A program made the position numbers and the translations under genes. The notes under the pieces were generated by a model. It made no database searches. It saw only the letters and a program-made list of their open reading frames with translations, and was not told where the DNA came from. Positions 36,964-47,161 of a DNA stretch of 64,000 nucleotides are shown piece after piece (positions within the stretch are counted from its first letter, which is position 1; each line of letters starts with the position of its first letter). The stretch lies in NCBI GenBank assembly GCA_045605805.1, contig JAZUQR010000027.1, positions 64,001-128,000 on the forward strand, given 5' to 3'. The DNA is from Alphaproteobacteria bacterium. GTDB taxonomy: Bacteria; Pseudomonadota; Alphaproteobacteria; CAAHEQ01; UBA3637.

Positions 36964-37797
36964 ATGCTTTATCTTGTTTCCACCCCCATCGGCAACCTAG
37001 GTGATATAAGCCCCCGAGCCAAAGAAGTTTTACAACAGGCCGACTTGGTTGCCTGTGAAGATACACGCACAAGCCGACAATTGTTCAATCTGCTTGGTAT
37101 AAAAGTCAAAGCAACAACAGCCTATCATGACCACAACGCAGACGAAGCACGCCCCAAACTGATTGAAAAAATGAAAAAAGGGGCATGTGTTGCCTTGGTC
37201 TCTGATGCCGGCACCCCTTTGGTTTCCGACCCCGGCTATAAATTGGTCCGAGACTGTCACAAAGAACATATCAAAGTGTCAACAGTACCAGGGGCAAATG
37301 CTGTGTTATCGGCTTTACAGCTGTCTGGGCTATCCTCTGCCTCCTTTTATTTTGGTGGCTTTCTACCCACAAAATCTGGTGCCAGAAAAGAACATTTGGC
37401 ACAAGTAAAAGACTTAAAAAGCACCTTGATTTTTTATGAATCCCCCAACCGACTTCTGAAAGCGTTGTCCGACATTTTAACAATCTATGGCAATCGGGAA
37501 ATGGCGGTAGTTCGGGAAATTACCAAAAAGTTTGAAGAAACAAAAAAAGAAACGGTGGAACATTTAATCGCTGAGTACACCATAAACGGCACCCCAAAAG
37601 GAGAGCTTGTTTTGGTGATTGAAGGAGCCACACAAGAACAAACCCACCCCGTTCACAATTGGGAAAAATTGATTCAAAGTGTTCGGCCAACCTACCCTGT
37701 AAAACAGGCCGCCCAAATCTTGTCCGAACAAACCGGACATAACAAAAAAGAAATCTATCAAATGATAGTCGCCTATGAAAAAGAAAACAAACTATAA
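36964..37797 (+). CDS. rsmI: 16S rRNA C1402 2'-O-methyltransferase
   Basis: LYLVSTPIGNLGDIS, ACEDTR, LVSDAGTP..SDPG, FYESP, REITKKFE. Confidence 0.96.
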   Translation: MLYLVSTPIGNLGDISPRAKEVLQQADLVACEDTRTSRQLFNLLGIKVKATTAYHDHNADEARPKLIEKMKKGACVALVSDAGTPLVSDPGYKLVRDCHKEHIKVSTVPGANAVLSALQLSGLSSASFYFGGFLPTKSGARKEHLAQVKDLKSTLIFYESPNRLLKALSDILTIYGNREMAVVREITKKFEETKKETVEHLIAEYTINGTPKGELVLVIEGATQEQTHPVHNWEKLIQSVRPTYPVKQAAQILSEQTGHNKKEIYQMIVAYEKENKL

Positions 37798-38140
37798 AAC
37801 CGGCCATTTTGCCGAAAAAGTTGCCTTAGTGTATCTGATGGTCAAAGGATATAAACATATTGCCCATAACCATATCACAGGCAAAGGCACAGGGGCAGGT
37901 GAAATTGATTTAATCATGTATAAGAAAAAAACCTTAGTTTTTGTGGAAGTAAAAAAACGCAAGAACAAATATGTGGCAGGCGAAGCGGTCACCCTTAAAA
38001 ATCAACAACGCACCAGCAAAGCAGCCGACGTCTTTTTGAAAAACCATCCCGCTTATCAAAACGCAGCCATACGATTTGATGTTATCCTGTTTGGCAAAAG
38101 TTTATGGCCACATCACATCAAACAAGCGTGGTATTTATAA
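37775..38140 (+). CDS. yraN: YraN family putative endonuclease
   Basis: GEIDLI, LVFVEVK, RFDVI; downstream of rsmI. Confidence 0.9.
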   Translation: MKKKTNYKTGHFAEKVALVYLMVKGYKHIAHNHITGKGTGAGEIDLIMYKKKTLVFVEVKKRKNKYVAGEAVTLKNQQRTSKAADVFLKNHPAYQNAAIRFDVILFGKSLWPHHIKQAWYL

Positions 38141-39391
38141 GGGCGGCGGAATCACTTCAATTTTGGCTAACTGGTTGTGGATTTTTTCATGAATCACAAA
38201 AGTCCATCCGTTCACCACAAAAGTTTGCCCTTTGTTGGGAATGCGTTCTAAATAATACATCACATACCCTGCCAAAGTGGCCGCATGTTCATCAGAAAGA
38301 TCCCAACCAAAGTGACGATTGATATCCCGAATCGTGGTTGTTCCATCCAATAAATACCCTGCCGAAGCAGTTCTTTCATAATGGAAAGTAGAGTCGGCCA
38401 CATTGTCAGTCTCATCCGAAATATCACCCACAATTTCTTCCAAAAGGTCTTCCAAAGTCAAAATACCTTGCCAACCACCATATTCATCAACAATCACAGC
38501 AAAATGTTCACGGCGTTTTTTGAAGGCAATCAATTGATCTAACAACGAAGTGGTGTTCAAAACAAACCACGGTTTAGAACAAAAGTCCATCAACTTTAAT
38601 GGATGAGTTTTGCCATAAAAAAGAGGCATCATCCGCATCACAGATTTTGTATGTATCACACCAACGATATTATCCCGCCGACCTTGATACACAGGAATAC
38701 GGCTGTAAGGTGTTTTTGTCACAAATTGAATCACATCTGCAATAGGGGTGTTTGAATTCAAAGAAACAACCTTGGATCTGTGCATCATAATATCACTGAC
38801 CGTCACTTCATCCAAATCAAGCACACTGTTGAGCATCCCTTTTTCCTGAGGCAAAACATCTTCCTCTTGCATAGCCAAAGTTCCCCGAATTTCGGCTTTC
38901 AGCTGTTCGTCTGGCGTATGGTTCAAATCACTTTTTGGCAATAACCTCATCGCACAATGAGTCAGCCAATTCAGAGCATACACAACAGGTTTGAACAACC
39001 AAACAATTCCCATTAAAATAGGCGAAACATGCAAAGCCATAGACAAAGCATTAGAGATCGCATAAGTTTTAGGCAAAATCTCACCAAAAATCAACACCAA
39101 AACGCTCACAACAAAAGTGGAAATTAAAACACCATAATGTGGCCCAAACACTTCCACCATCAAACCGGTAGAAATAGCCGTAAAAGCAATGTTGACAATG
39201 TTATTCCCAAACAAAATCGTTCCCAAAAAAGTGCCGGAATCTTTTTTAAGTTCTAATAATTTATCGGCCCATTTATTGCCCCGCTTGGCCTGTTCATGCA
39301 ACAAAGATTTTGAAACAGCCGTCACAGCCGTTTCCGTTCCCGAAAAGAAAAACGAACAACATAACAAAAAAAACAAAACAACCCAAGACAT
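38135..39391 (-). CDS. CNNM/HlyC/CorC family Mg/Co transporter (DUF21-CBS-CorC)
   Basis: FFSGTETA, GNNIVNI, FGEILPK, YSRIPVY, VDEYG, LEDLLEEIVGDISDE. Confidence 0.92.
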   Translation of the reverse strand: MSWVVLFFLLCCSFFFSGTETAVTAVSKSLLHEQAKRGNKWADKLLELKKDSGTFLGTILFGNNIVNIAFTAISTGLMVEVFGPHYGVLISTFVVSVLVLIFGEILPKTYAISNALSMALHVSPILMGIVWLFKPVVYALNWLTHCAMRLLPKSDLNHTPDEQLKAEIRGTLAMQEEDVLPQEKGMLNSVLDLDEVTVSDIMMHRSKVVSLNSNTPIADVIQFVTKTPYSRIPVYQGRRDNIVGVIHTKSVMRMMPLFYGKTHPLKLMDFCSKPWFVLNTTSLLDQLIAFKKRREHFAVIVDEYGGWQGILTLEDLLEEIVGDISDETDNVADSTFHYERTASAGYLLDGTTTIRDINRHFGWDLSDEHAATLAGYVMYYLERIPNKGQTFVVNGWTFVIHEKIHNQLAKIEVIPPPL

Positions 39392-39392
39392 T

Positions 39393-39962
39393 TTACTTCT
39401 TCCTTTCATAACAAGACTTGTATGGTGAAATCACCTGTGATTCTTCCAATTTTTTCAAAAGTCTAACCACCGTTTTAGAAGGATGCTCATCAAATGAGTC
39501 AATGGTTAAATCGGCTTGGGCATACAACGGATAACATTCCGTCACCAAGCGTTCAATCACTTTTTGATTATCCATAGAAGGCACCAAAGGACGATGTTTT
39601 CTGCCCTCTGTGCGACCGGAAATCACATCCGCACCGGCTTTAATCCATATAGAAACACTTTTGTCTTTTGCCAATTCACGAGTCTTGGCCGACAAAAAAG
39701 CCCCTCCACCGGAAGATAAAACACAAGGCGGCCCATTCAACAGGCGTTCCATCACTTTTTCTTCACCTAAGCGAAACTCAGTTTCCCCATATCGGGCAAA
39801 TAAATCAGAAATAGAAAAACCCGTCATCCGTTCAATTTCTTTATCAGAATCCACAAAAGGCAACTGCAACCTGCGGGCCAATAAACGCCCCAAACTGGTC
39901 TTCCCAACACCCATCATCCCTACCAGCAACAAGATTTTGGGTTGTAATAATTTTTGACTCAT
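39393..39962 (-). CDS. aroK: Shikimate kinase
   Basis: GMMGVGKT, DSDKEIE, GETEFR, SGGG, RPL. Confidence 0.92.
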   Translation of the reverse strand: MSQKLLQPKILLLVGMMGVGKTSLGRLLARRLQLPFVDSDKEIERMTGFSISDLFARYGETEFRLGEEKVMERLLNGPPCVLSSGGGAFLSAKTRELAKDKSVSIWIKAGADVISGRTEGRKHRPLVPSMDNQKVIERLVTECYPLYAQADLTIDSFDEHPSKTVVRLLKKLEESQVISPYKSCYERKK

Positions 39963-40016
39963 GCTACATTATATATCATATTTTTTACAATTTGTCCACA
40001 AATAAAGGAGAAAAAC

Positions 40017-40166
40017 ATGAAATACTATCAAAAAAGACGCCACCTTATCAGCAAAATGATTGCGGGAATCATCCTATTCTTCATCCTCTTTTTTGCCTTG
40101 TGTGATTGTACCCCGAAAGCAACCACGACACAAACCACCATCACCTTTGAAAGAAATGGGTCATGA
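40017..40166 (+). CDS. Small single-TM protein upstream of xerD
   Basis: SD AAGGAG, ATG 40017, one hydrophobic helix, ATGA overlap with xerD. Confidence 0.6.
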   Translation: MKYYQKRRHLISKMIAGIILFFILFFALCDCTPKATTTQTTITFERNGS

Positions 40167-41068
40167 TACCCAAAGAAATTGATGTTTTTTTACAAATGCA
40201 AACAGCCGAATGTGGGGCATCACCCAACACAATTTCAGCATACAAACATGATTTGGAATCGCTTCATGCATTTTTACAAACACACCATAATTCCTTAACA
40301 AGCGCCACAAGTCAAGATCTTAAAGAATATATTGATGATTTAAGTCAACACCACTATTCGCCCAAAACACAAGCCCGTCGCCTGTCCAGTATGCGAGAGT
40401 TTTATAAGTTTCTGTTTTCCGAAAAAACCATCAAATCCAATCCCACCGACTATCTGCACAGCCCCAAAACACAAAAACCATTACCCAAATACCTCAGCGA
40501 AGAAGATATTTTTACACTAATTGCCAATGGGGATAAAATCAACCACCGTCTGTCCACATTATTGGAAGTTTTATACGCATCCGGTATGCGAGTCAGTGAA
40601 TTGGTCGGTCTGCCCATGTCGGCCGTTTCACAAGAAAATAAGCGTCTGTATATTACGGGGAAAGGACAAAAAGAACGCATTGTTCCCTTAAACGAAAAAG
40701 CCTGTGAAGCATTGGAAAAATGGATCTTAAAACGAGAACTTCTGTTTCCCCGAGCACAAAAAAATAAATGGCTGTTTCCAGCGGCATCAAAATCGGGCCA
40801 TTTAACACGAGGTGTTTTCTTCAAAGAATTAAAAAAATTGGCTGTATTGTGTGATATTGATCCAACAAAAGTATCACCCCATGTATTTCGTCACTCATTT
40901 GCCTCCCATTTAATTGCCCATGATGCCGATTTAAGGTCTGTGCAAAAACTTTTGGGCCACGCTGACATCGCCACCACAGAAATTTATACGCATATTTTAC
41001 CAAATAGATTAAAAAAGGTCATTGAAAAATCTCATCCTTTGTCGTATAATAACCAAAAGGATGAATAA
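40163..41068 (+). CDS. xerD: Tyrosine recombinase XerD
   Basis: LYASGMRVSEL, GKGQKERIVP, SPHVFRHSFASH, DLRSVQKLLGHADIATTEIYTH; divergent from aroK. Confidence 0.92.
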   Translation: MIPKEIDVFLQMQTAECGASPNTISAYKHDLESLHAFLQTHHNSLTSATSQDLKEYIDDLSQHHYSPKTQARRLSSMREFYKFLFSEKTIKSNPTDYLHSPKTQKPLPKYLSEEDIFTLIANGDKINHRLSTLLEVLYASGMRVSELVGLPMSAVSQENKRLYITGKGQKERIVPLNEKACEALEKWILKRELLFPRAQKNKWLFPAASKSGHLTRGVFFKELKKLAVLCDIDPTKVSPHVFRHSFASHLIAHDADLRSVQKLLGHADIATTEIYTHILPNRLKKVIEKSHPLSYNNQKDE

Positions 41069-44000
41069 ATGAAGATTATAGACAAATACATTTTTCGGCA
41101 AACATTGGTTGGCTATCTGACAATTTTAATCAGTTTAACCGTCTTGATATGGTTGACACAATCCCTGCGCATGGTGGATATGATTGTCACCAAAGGGGTT
41201 TCTGTGGGTATTTTTTTGGAAATGACCCTTTTGGTGCTGCCAAACTTTTTACAAATTTTATCCCCCTTAGCCTTGTTTGGGGTAGCCTTGTTTGTGTTTA
41301 TCCGCATGCAATCGGACAAAGAACTGATTGTCTTAAAGGCTGTTGGCATGAACGCCAAACAATTGATAAAACCCTTGTTTATGTTAGGTGGTTTTTTGGT
41401 TTTCTTTGGCTATTTGCTCACCTTATGGGTGATTCCCGCCTCATATGCCCAACTGCGCCAAATGAAATGGAAAATACAAAACAATCTGTCTCACCTTTTG
41501 TTGCAAGAAGGGCAATTCAGCTCGTTCAAAAACGGCATGACATTATACATTCGGGAGCGAGAAGATGCCGGCAAAGTCAAAGGCATTCTGGCACATGAAA
41601 TCAAAAAAGATAAAAAGTCTGTGCTTATTGCCGAAGAAGGCTCAATGATTCAAACCCCCGAAGGTATCAGTTTAACATTCAATAACGGCACCCGCCAAGA
41701 GTTTAATACAAAAACGAAAGAGTTTTCTATCTTAAAATTTGATAAGCATACCATGCTGTTTGAACATTCGGCAAACAAATCCAGCCGAAAAATAGACCCC
41801 CGTGAAATGCCCTTAAAACAACTTATCCAAGCCCAACCAAATCAAGTAAAAGATGGCCCAACCTATCGCAAATATAAGGTAGAAGCCTTCAAACGCCTAA
41901 CACAACCGCTGTACAATTTATTGTTTTTATGGTTGGCTGCCTTTGGTGTTTTAAGTGGTCATTATAACAGACGGGGTCAATCCCGCCAAATCAATGCTGT
42001 TGTCATTGCAGCTGTTTTAATTCAATCTTTATCATTGGCCTTTGAAAACATTGCCACACGCAACCTGTGGGGCATAAGTTTAATGGGATTCAACTTACTT
42101 ATGCCATTGGTAATTTTGTATTTTGTCTTATTCAAAGAACGCAAAATCGGTTGGATACATTTAATGTTGCTGCTCTCTTTAACAGGAATTGGGACAAACG
42201 CCTATGCCGGTCCGAAATTGGACTTACAAAATCATGATGCCAAGGCCCCTATTGATTTTGAAGCAGACAATATGGACTACAACATCAAAACAAACATTTT
42301 AACCGCATCAGGGAATGTGGTTTTAACACAAAATCAAATGAATGTGCAAACACCAAAAATTATATACAACCAAGATACAGACGAGGTAAAAATCCCGCAA
42401 AAAACAAAAATTACCTTGCCAGACGGCACAAAATCAACCGTTCAAAATATGATGCTATACCCCAAAAAATCGGAAGCAACAGCCAACACCATCACCAGCA
42501 TTTTAACAGACGATTCCCGCATCACAGCCGAACAAATGATAAGCACCCAGAAGGGCGATATTATTTTGTTGAAAAACGCCACATACACGCCTTGCGATAC
42601 ATGTGAAGCCAAAGCCCCCCTGTGGCAAATTGAAGCCAAAGAAGTGAAACAAGATTTCACAGACCATACCCTATCTTATAAACATATGTTTTTGGATATA
42701 AAAGATATCCCTGTGTTATACTTTCCTTACTTTCAAATGCCGGATGCAACCATCAAACGCAAATCAGGTTTTTTGAACCCCAGTATCCGCCATACAAGCG
42801 AAATGGGCCTGTCATTAGAAACACCTTTATTTGTGGATATAGCCGAAAATCAAAATCTGCTCATCACACCGGTGATTTCTGCCAAACACTTACCATTGGG
42901 GATTGTAAATTATAACGGCTTATTCACCAAAGGTATTCTGAATGTACAATTCAGCGGCACGCAAGATAAAGATAACGAAAACGAAGGTCACCTGAAAGCC
43001 AACTTTGAATATGATATGACACAAAACCTCCGTTTAACAGGGCAATACTTCCGCACGCTCAGCGACACCTATTTCCGCCGATATGATATTGAAGGCATCA
43101 ATGATTCAGATTCTTTTTTGCGTTCTTATTTAACCGCTGAATACTTTGGCACGAGATTTTATACAAAAGCAAAAACATGGCATTTTCAAAGTCTGTTAAA
43201 TGAAGTGAACAGCCGTTCGTTGCCTGTCATCATTCCAACTGTGGATATGCAGTACCACACCAAACCACTGTTTAATACCAATCTGTATGCCTTTACCAAC
43301 ATCAATACCGCCTTATATAACACCCGCAACCATTTCAAATCTAACCGTCTGTCTTTAACGCAAGGATTTACCCTTCCCTATACCACTTCGTTTGGGTTGG
43401 TCACCGAAACAAAAGCAAGCCTGCGTTTTGATGGCTATGTGATAGACAGTGGCAAAGACAATCTGGTTTCCAAACATCCGGAAGACACCTATAACAAAGG
43501 ACGCTTTACCCCTATATTCAGCACAAAAATCAGTTATCCCTTGTTCACTACAACAAAGCAAACAACTCAAGTTTTGGAACCCATTATTATGATGGTGATG
43601 TCCCCCAATACAAAGAACAGCCAAAACATTCCTAATTTAGACAGTACCGTCTTTAACTTTGACGATACCAACCTGTTTTCCGAAAACCGTTTTGCCGGCT
43701 ATGACCGCATAGAAACAGGCACACGCATCAACTATGGTTTGCAATGGACAGCCTATCAAAATGATGCCAAAGACAGATCTTTATCCATCTTATTTGGCCA
43801 ATCCTATCGCTTGAACGAATCGGAAGAATTAAAAGATGTGATGGGATACAGCCACCACCTGTCCGACTATGTGGGAAACATTCAATTAAACTATCAACAC
43901 CTGAATCTATACTATCGTTTCCGCTTAAATCGTGAAAACCTGTCCAAACGCAAAAATGACATTGGTTTTTCTGTGGGTGGCAACCCCTTGCGAGTTGGAC

Positions 44001-44302
44001 TAAATTATCTGTATCAAGGGGCATATACATTAGACAACAAACACTATGACGAAGAAAATGAAATTCGTTTTTGGGCGCAATCACAATTTCATAAAAACTG
44101 GCAAACAAGCGGTTATTACAGATACAACTTAAAAAAAGACGGAGGCCCTATTGAATATGGTGTTCAAATACGCTATGATAATGAATGTAGTGCCATCATA
44201 TTTAATTTGGAAAAATCCTATACCAAAGACAGAAACTATAAAGGAAGCACCTCGTTTATGATAAAAGTACTTTTGAAAACCTTAGGAGGAATCGGTCAGT
44301 GA
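41069..44302 (+). CDS. Fused LptF(/G) permease - LptD LPS-assembly protein (1077 aa)
   Basis: N-terminal ~355 aa: KYIFRQ, WLTQSLR, SDKELIVLKAVG, NGTRQ (LptF); C-terminal ~700 aa: FEAD, ASGNV, YTPCDTC..PLWQI, RKSGFL, NLFSENRFAGYDRIE, YDNEC, LKTLG (LptD); no stop between them. Confidence 0.9.
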   Translation: MKIIDKYIFRQTLVGYLTILISLTVLIWLTQSLRMVDMIVTKGVSVGIFLEMTLLVLPNFLQILSPLALFGVALFVFIRMQSDKELIVLKAVGMNAKQLIKPLFMLGGFLVFFGYLLTLWVIPASYAQLRQMKWKIQNNLSHLLLQEGQFSSFKNGMTLYIREREDAGKVKGILAHEIKKDKKSVLIAEEGSMIQTPEGISLTFNNGTRQEFNTKTKEFSILKFDKHTMLFEHSANKSSRKIDPREMPLKQLIQAQPNQVKDGPTYRKYKVEAFKRLTQPLYNLLFLWLAAFGVLSGHYNRRGQSRQINAVVIAAVLIQSLSLAFENIATRNLWGISLMGFNLLMPLVILYFVLFKERKIGWIHLMLLLSLTGIGTNAYAGPKLDLQNHDAKAPIDFEADNMDYNIKTNILTASGNVVLTQNQMNVQTPKIIYNQDTDEVKIPQKTKITLPDGTKSTVQNMMLYPKKSEATANTITSILTDDSRITAEQMISTQKGDIILLKNATYTPCDTCEAKAPLWQIEAKEVKQDFTDHTLSYKHMFLDIKDIPVLYFPYFQMPDATIKRKSGFLNPSIRHTSEMGLSLETPLFVDIAENQNLLITPVISAKHLPLGIVNYNGLFTKGILNVQFSGTQDKDNENEGHLKANFEYDMTQNLRLTGQYFRTLSDTYFRRYDIEGINDSDSFLRSYLTAEYFGTRFYTKAKTWHFQSLLNEVNSRSLPVIIPTVDMQYHTKPLFNTNLYAFTNINTALYNTRNHFKSNRLSLTQGFTLPYTTSFGLVTETKASLRFDGYVIDSGKDNLVSKHPEDTYNKGRFTPIFSTKISYPLFTTTKQTTQVLEPIIMMVMSPNTKNSQNIPNLDSTVFNFDDTNLFSENRFAGYDRIETGTRINYGLQWTAYQNDAKDRSLSILFGQSYRLNESEELKDVMGYSHHLSDYVGNIQLNYQHLNLYYRFRLNRENLSKRKNDIGFSVGGNPLRVGLNYLYQGAYTLDNKHYDEENEIRFWAQSQFHKNWQTSGYYRYNLKKDGGPIEYGVQIRYDNECSAIIFNLEKSYTKDRNYKGSTSFMIKVLLKTLGGIGQ

Positions 44303-45189
44303 AATACCTGCTTTTAATTTTAACCTTATTATGTACCTATACCACCCAAGCGATGGAGCTGAAAGCCACCGTCAACGATGAACCGATTTCTGATTTAGAC
44401 ATCACAGAATGGGCAAACCTGTTAAAGTTCCAACAACCACAAAAATATGAATCCTACACCAACGAAGACCTTCAAACAGAAGCCCTCAACAATCTGATAG
44501 AAACAATTGTCAAAAAGCAAACGGCCCAAAATGAAGGGATAAAAGTAAGCAATAAAGAAATTCAAAATGCCAAAAATCATTTGGAACAACAAAATGGCCT
44601 GCCAATCGGAGAATTGAATAATTTATTACAAACCCAAGGCATCAATGCCGCCACACTTCAAAAGCAAATAGAAGCCGATTTATTGTGGTTGCAATACCTG
44701 CGTCATAAAACCGATGATTTATCCATTTCTGATTTGGCAGTGGATAAACGCTATCAAGCCATGAAGCAGGATTTGCAAGACCAAGGCATAACCGGCAACA
44801 GCATTACACTGTGGGAAATTGCCCAAGGAATGTTTGATGAAAATGTGGATGTCACAACAACTTTGGAATCAAAAGATTGTGAAGCCTTTTTGGAACATAT
44901 TAAAATTGGCACACATCCAGAATCTGCCCAATCCGGTTGGACAGACCCAAATCAAATTGCACCAGAACTATACAACCTGTTAAAAGATGTGGCCGTAGGC
45001 GAAACAATCGGCCCGTTGCGGGCTCCAAATGGCGTGTTGGTTTTAATGAAATGCAATGTACAAAACCAAAAAATTATGCCGGAAAAAGAACAATTAAAAA
45101 TGCAAATGGAAATGGAACAAATGGATGTGGTTTCTCGCCGTTTAATGGCCGAAGCTGTACGCCGTTCTGTCATAGAAAAAAAGGACTAA
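44299..45189 (+). CDS. surA: SurA-like periplasmic chaperone
   Basis: Signal peptide, ATVNDEPIS..D, LIETIVK, IEADLLW, degenerate PPIase; follows lptD. Confidence 0.75.
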   Translation: MKYLLLILTLLCTYTTQAMELKATVNDEPISDLDITEWANLLKFQQPQKYESYTNEDLQTEALNNLIETIVKKQTAQNEGIKVSNKEIQNAKNHLEQQNGLPIGELNNLLQTQGINAATLQKQIEADLLWLQYLRHKTDDLSISDLAVDKRYQAMKQDLQDQGITGNSITLWEIAQGMFDENVDVTTTLESKDCEAFLEHIKIGTHPESAQSGWTDPNQIAPELYNLLKDVAVGETIGPLRAPNGVLVLMKCNVQNQKIMPEKEQLKMQMEMEQMDVVSRRLMAEAVRRSVIEKKD

Positions 45190-45190
45190 C

Positions 45191-46030
45191 ATGGAAACAA
45201 AAATACTCAATGGTCGCATTTTGGCCGACCAAATTCAATTATCCTTAAAAAACGAAATCACCACCTTATCCCATATTCCTCACTTAGCAGTTGTGTTTGT
45301 GGGCAATAATCCAGCCAGCAGCGTCTATGTCAATATGAAAACAAAGGTAGCCGAAAAAGTGGGGATAAAAAGCACCATTCATCATCTGGATGAAAACATA
45401 TCAACAAAAGAGTTGCAAGACAAAATCCACCAACTCAACAACGATAAAGATGTGGATGGGATTTTGGTACAATTGCCCTTGCCGCCCCACATTGACACCA
45501 ACACCATCATAGAAACCATCTCTCCCCAAAAAGATGCCGATGGATTGACAAGTAAAAATCAAGGCGGCCTGATGACAGGCTATCCAACCTTACTCCCTTG
45601 TACACCCTTGGGATGTCTGCATCTGATAAAACAAGTACAGCCGAATCTGACAGGCCTGAATGCGGTTGTTGTGGGGCGTTCCCGCTTGGTCGGCCGCCCA
45701 ATGGCACAACTTCTGTTAAATGAAAACTGTTCGGTCACCCAAGTGCATACCTACACACAAAATCTGGCCGATATCTGTGCCACAGCCGATATTTTGGTTT
45801 CCGCCACAGGCGTTCAAGGGCTGATTAAAAGTAATTTTGTCAAAGCCGGCGCAATCGTTATTGATGTGGGCATCTCTAAAACAAAAGAGGGGCTGATTGC
45901 CGGTGATATAGACAGCCAAAACGTGATGGGCAAGGCCGGTTGGCTGACCCCTGTCCCTGGGGGAGTTGGCCCCATGACTGTGGCCATGCTGATGTCAAAT
46001 ATGGTCACCATTGTCAAAAACCAATCATAA
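45191..46030 (+). CDS. folD: Methylenetetrahydrofolate dehydrogenase/cyclohydrolase
   Basis: ASSVYV..K, GILVQLPLP, KDADG, PCTPLG, GRSRLVGRP, PVPGGVGPMT. Confidence 0.96.
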   Translation: METKILNGRILADQIQLSLKNEITTLSHIPHLAVVFVGNNPASSVYVNMKTKVAEKVGIKSTIHHLDENISTKELQDKIHQLNNDKDVDGILVQLPLPPHIDTNTIIETISPQKDADGLTSKNQGGLMTGYPTLLPCTPLGCLHLIKQVQPNLTGLNAVVVGRSRLVGRPMAQLLLNENCSVTQVHTYTQNLADICATADILVSATGVQGLIKSNFVKAGAIVIDVGISKTKEGLIAGDIDSQNVMGKAGWLTPVPGGVGPMTVAMLMSNMVTIVKNQS

Positions 46031-46042
46031 AGGGCCAAGGCC

Positions 46043-47161
46043 ATGCTGAATCACCTGTTTCAAACACCTTTTCAAAAAATAATTTTAAGCAATAAAAAAA
46101 ATAAATCGTACGCTTATAACAAAGGGGTGATTAAACCGATTCGCCTTAAAAACAAACAAGCGTGGCAACTGACTTTATATACAGACAAACAAGCCTTTCA
46201 AGAAAACTTTTTGGAATTAGAACAAGTCATTTGTAAAACCCATGAACTGTTTCAAAATGATTACAAACAACTCAACTTTTTCGGTGAACACGAAGATATT
46301 GAATTAAAGCAATCCAAAAAAGGCAAACTCCTTCAAAGCATTCATAAACATCCCTCAAAATGCATCACACAAAGCCCCCACAATAAAGAAAAAAACTATC
46401 TTTTGAATCCCGAACAAAAAATACCGGCATTGGAAGATATGGGCGTTGTGGATAAAAATGGACAACTCCGCCCAAGTCAAATGGATAAGTTTCGGCAAAT
46501 CAATCAATTCTTAAAAATCATTGACGATACATTAAAAAATTGGGACAAAAAAGAAATCACGGTTTTGGATTTTGGATGTGGCAAATCATATTTAACCTTT
46601 TTAACCTATTATTACCTGACAGAAATCAAAGGATTAAAAGCTCATGTCATTGGCCTTGACTTAAAAGAAGAAGTCATTGAAAAATGCAATATCGTGGCCG
46701 AAAAATATGGCTATAAAAACCTGCACTTTGAAATTGGCAATATCGCAGGATACAGCCCAAAAAAAGCTGTGGATATGGTTATCTCACTGCACGCTTGCGA
46801 TACAGCCACAGATTATGCTTTATATAATGCAGTCCAATGGAATGTACCGATTATTTTGTCTGTTCCTTGTTGCCAACATGAAATCAATTCACAAATGAAA
46901 AATGCGTGGCCACTCATCACAAAATATGGGTTATTAAAAGAACGCTTCTGCGCCCTTCTGACCGATGCCATTCGGGCCGATTTATTACAGGCACAAGGCT
47001 ATTCGGTTCAGATTTTGGAATTTATTGATTTTTCGCATACTCCTAAAAATCTTCTGATTCGTGCGATTAAGACGGGGAAAATGACATCAGACGAACAAAC
47101 CCAAAAGGCTTGCGCTCAATTCAAAATTGAACCAACATTGAAAAAATTGTTAAAGAAATAA
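46043..47161 (+). CDS. SAM-dependent methyltransferase (Methyltransf_32-like)
   Basis: DKFRQINQF, LDFGCGKSYLTF, SLHACDTATD, VPCCQHE, HTPKN. Confidence 0.85.
   Translation: MLNHLFQTPFQKIILSNKKNKSYAYNKGVIKPIRLKNKQAWQLTLYTDKQAFQENFLELEQVICKTHELFQNDYKQLNFFGEHEDIELKQSKKGKLLQSIHKHPSKCITQSPHNKEKNYLLNPEQKIPALEDMGVVDKNGQLRPSQMDKFRQINQFLKIIDDTLKNWDKKEITVLDFGCGKSYLTFLTYYYLTEIKGLKAHVIGLDLKEEVIEKCNIVAEKYGYKNLHFEIGNIAGYSPKKAVDMVISLHACDTATDYALYNAVQWNVPIILSVPCCQHEINSQMKNAWPLITKYGLLKERFCALLTDAIRADLLQAQGYSVQILEFIDFSHTPKNLLIRAIKTGKMTSDEQTQKACAQFKIEPTLKKLLKK

Noticed and set aside
40163-41068. Phage or island integrase
   Set aside because: Motifs and context (divergent from aroK, small TM gene upstream) match housekeeping XerD.
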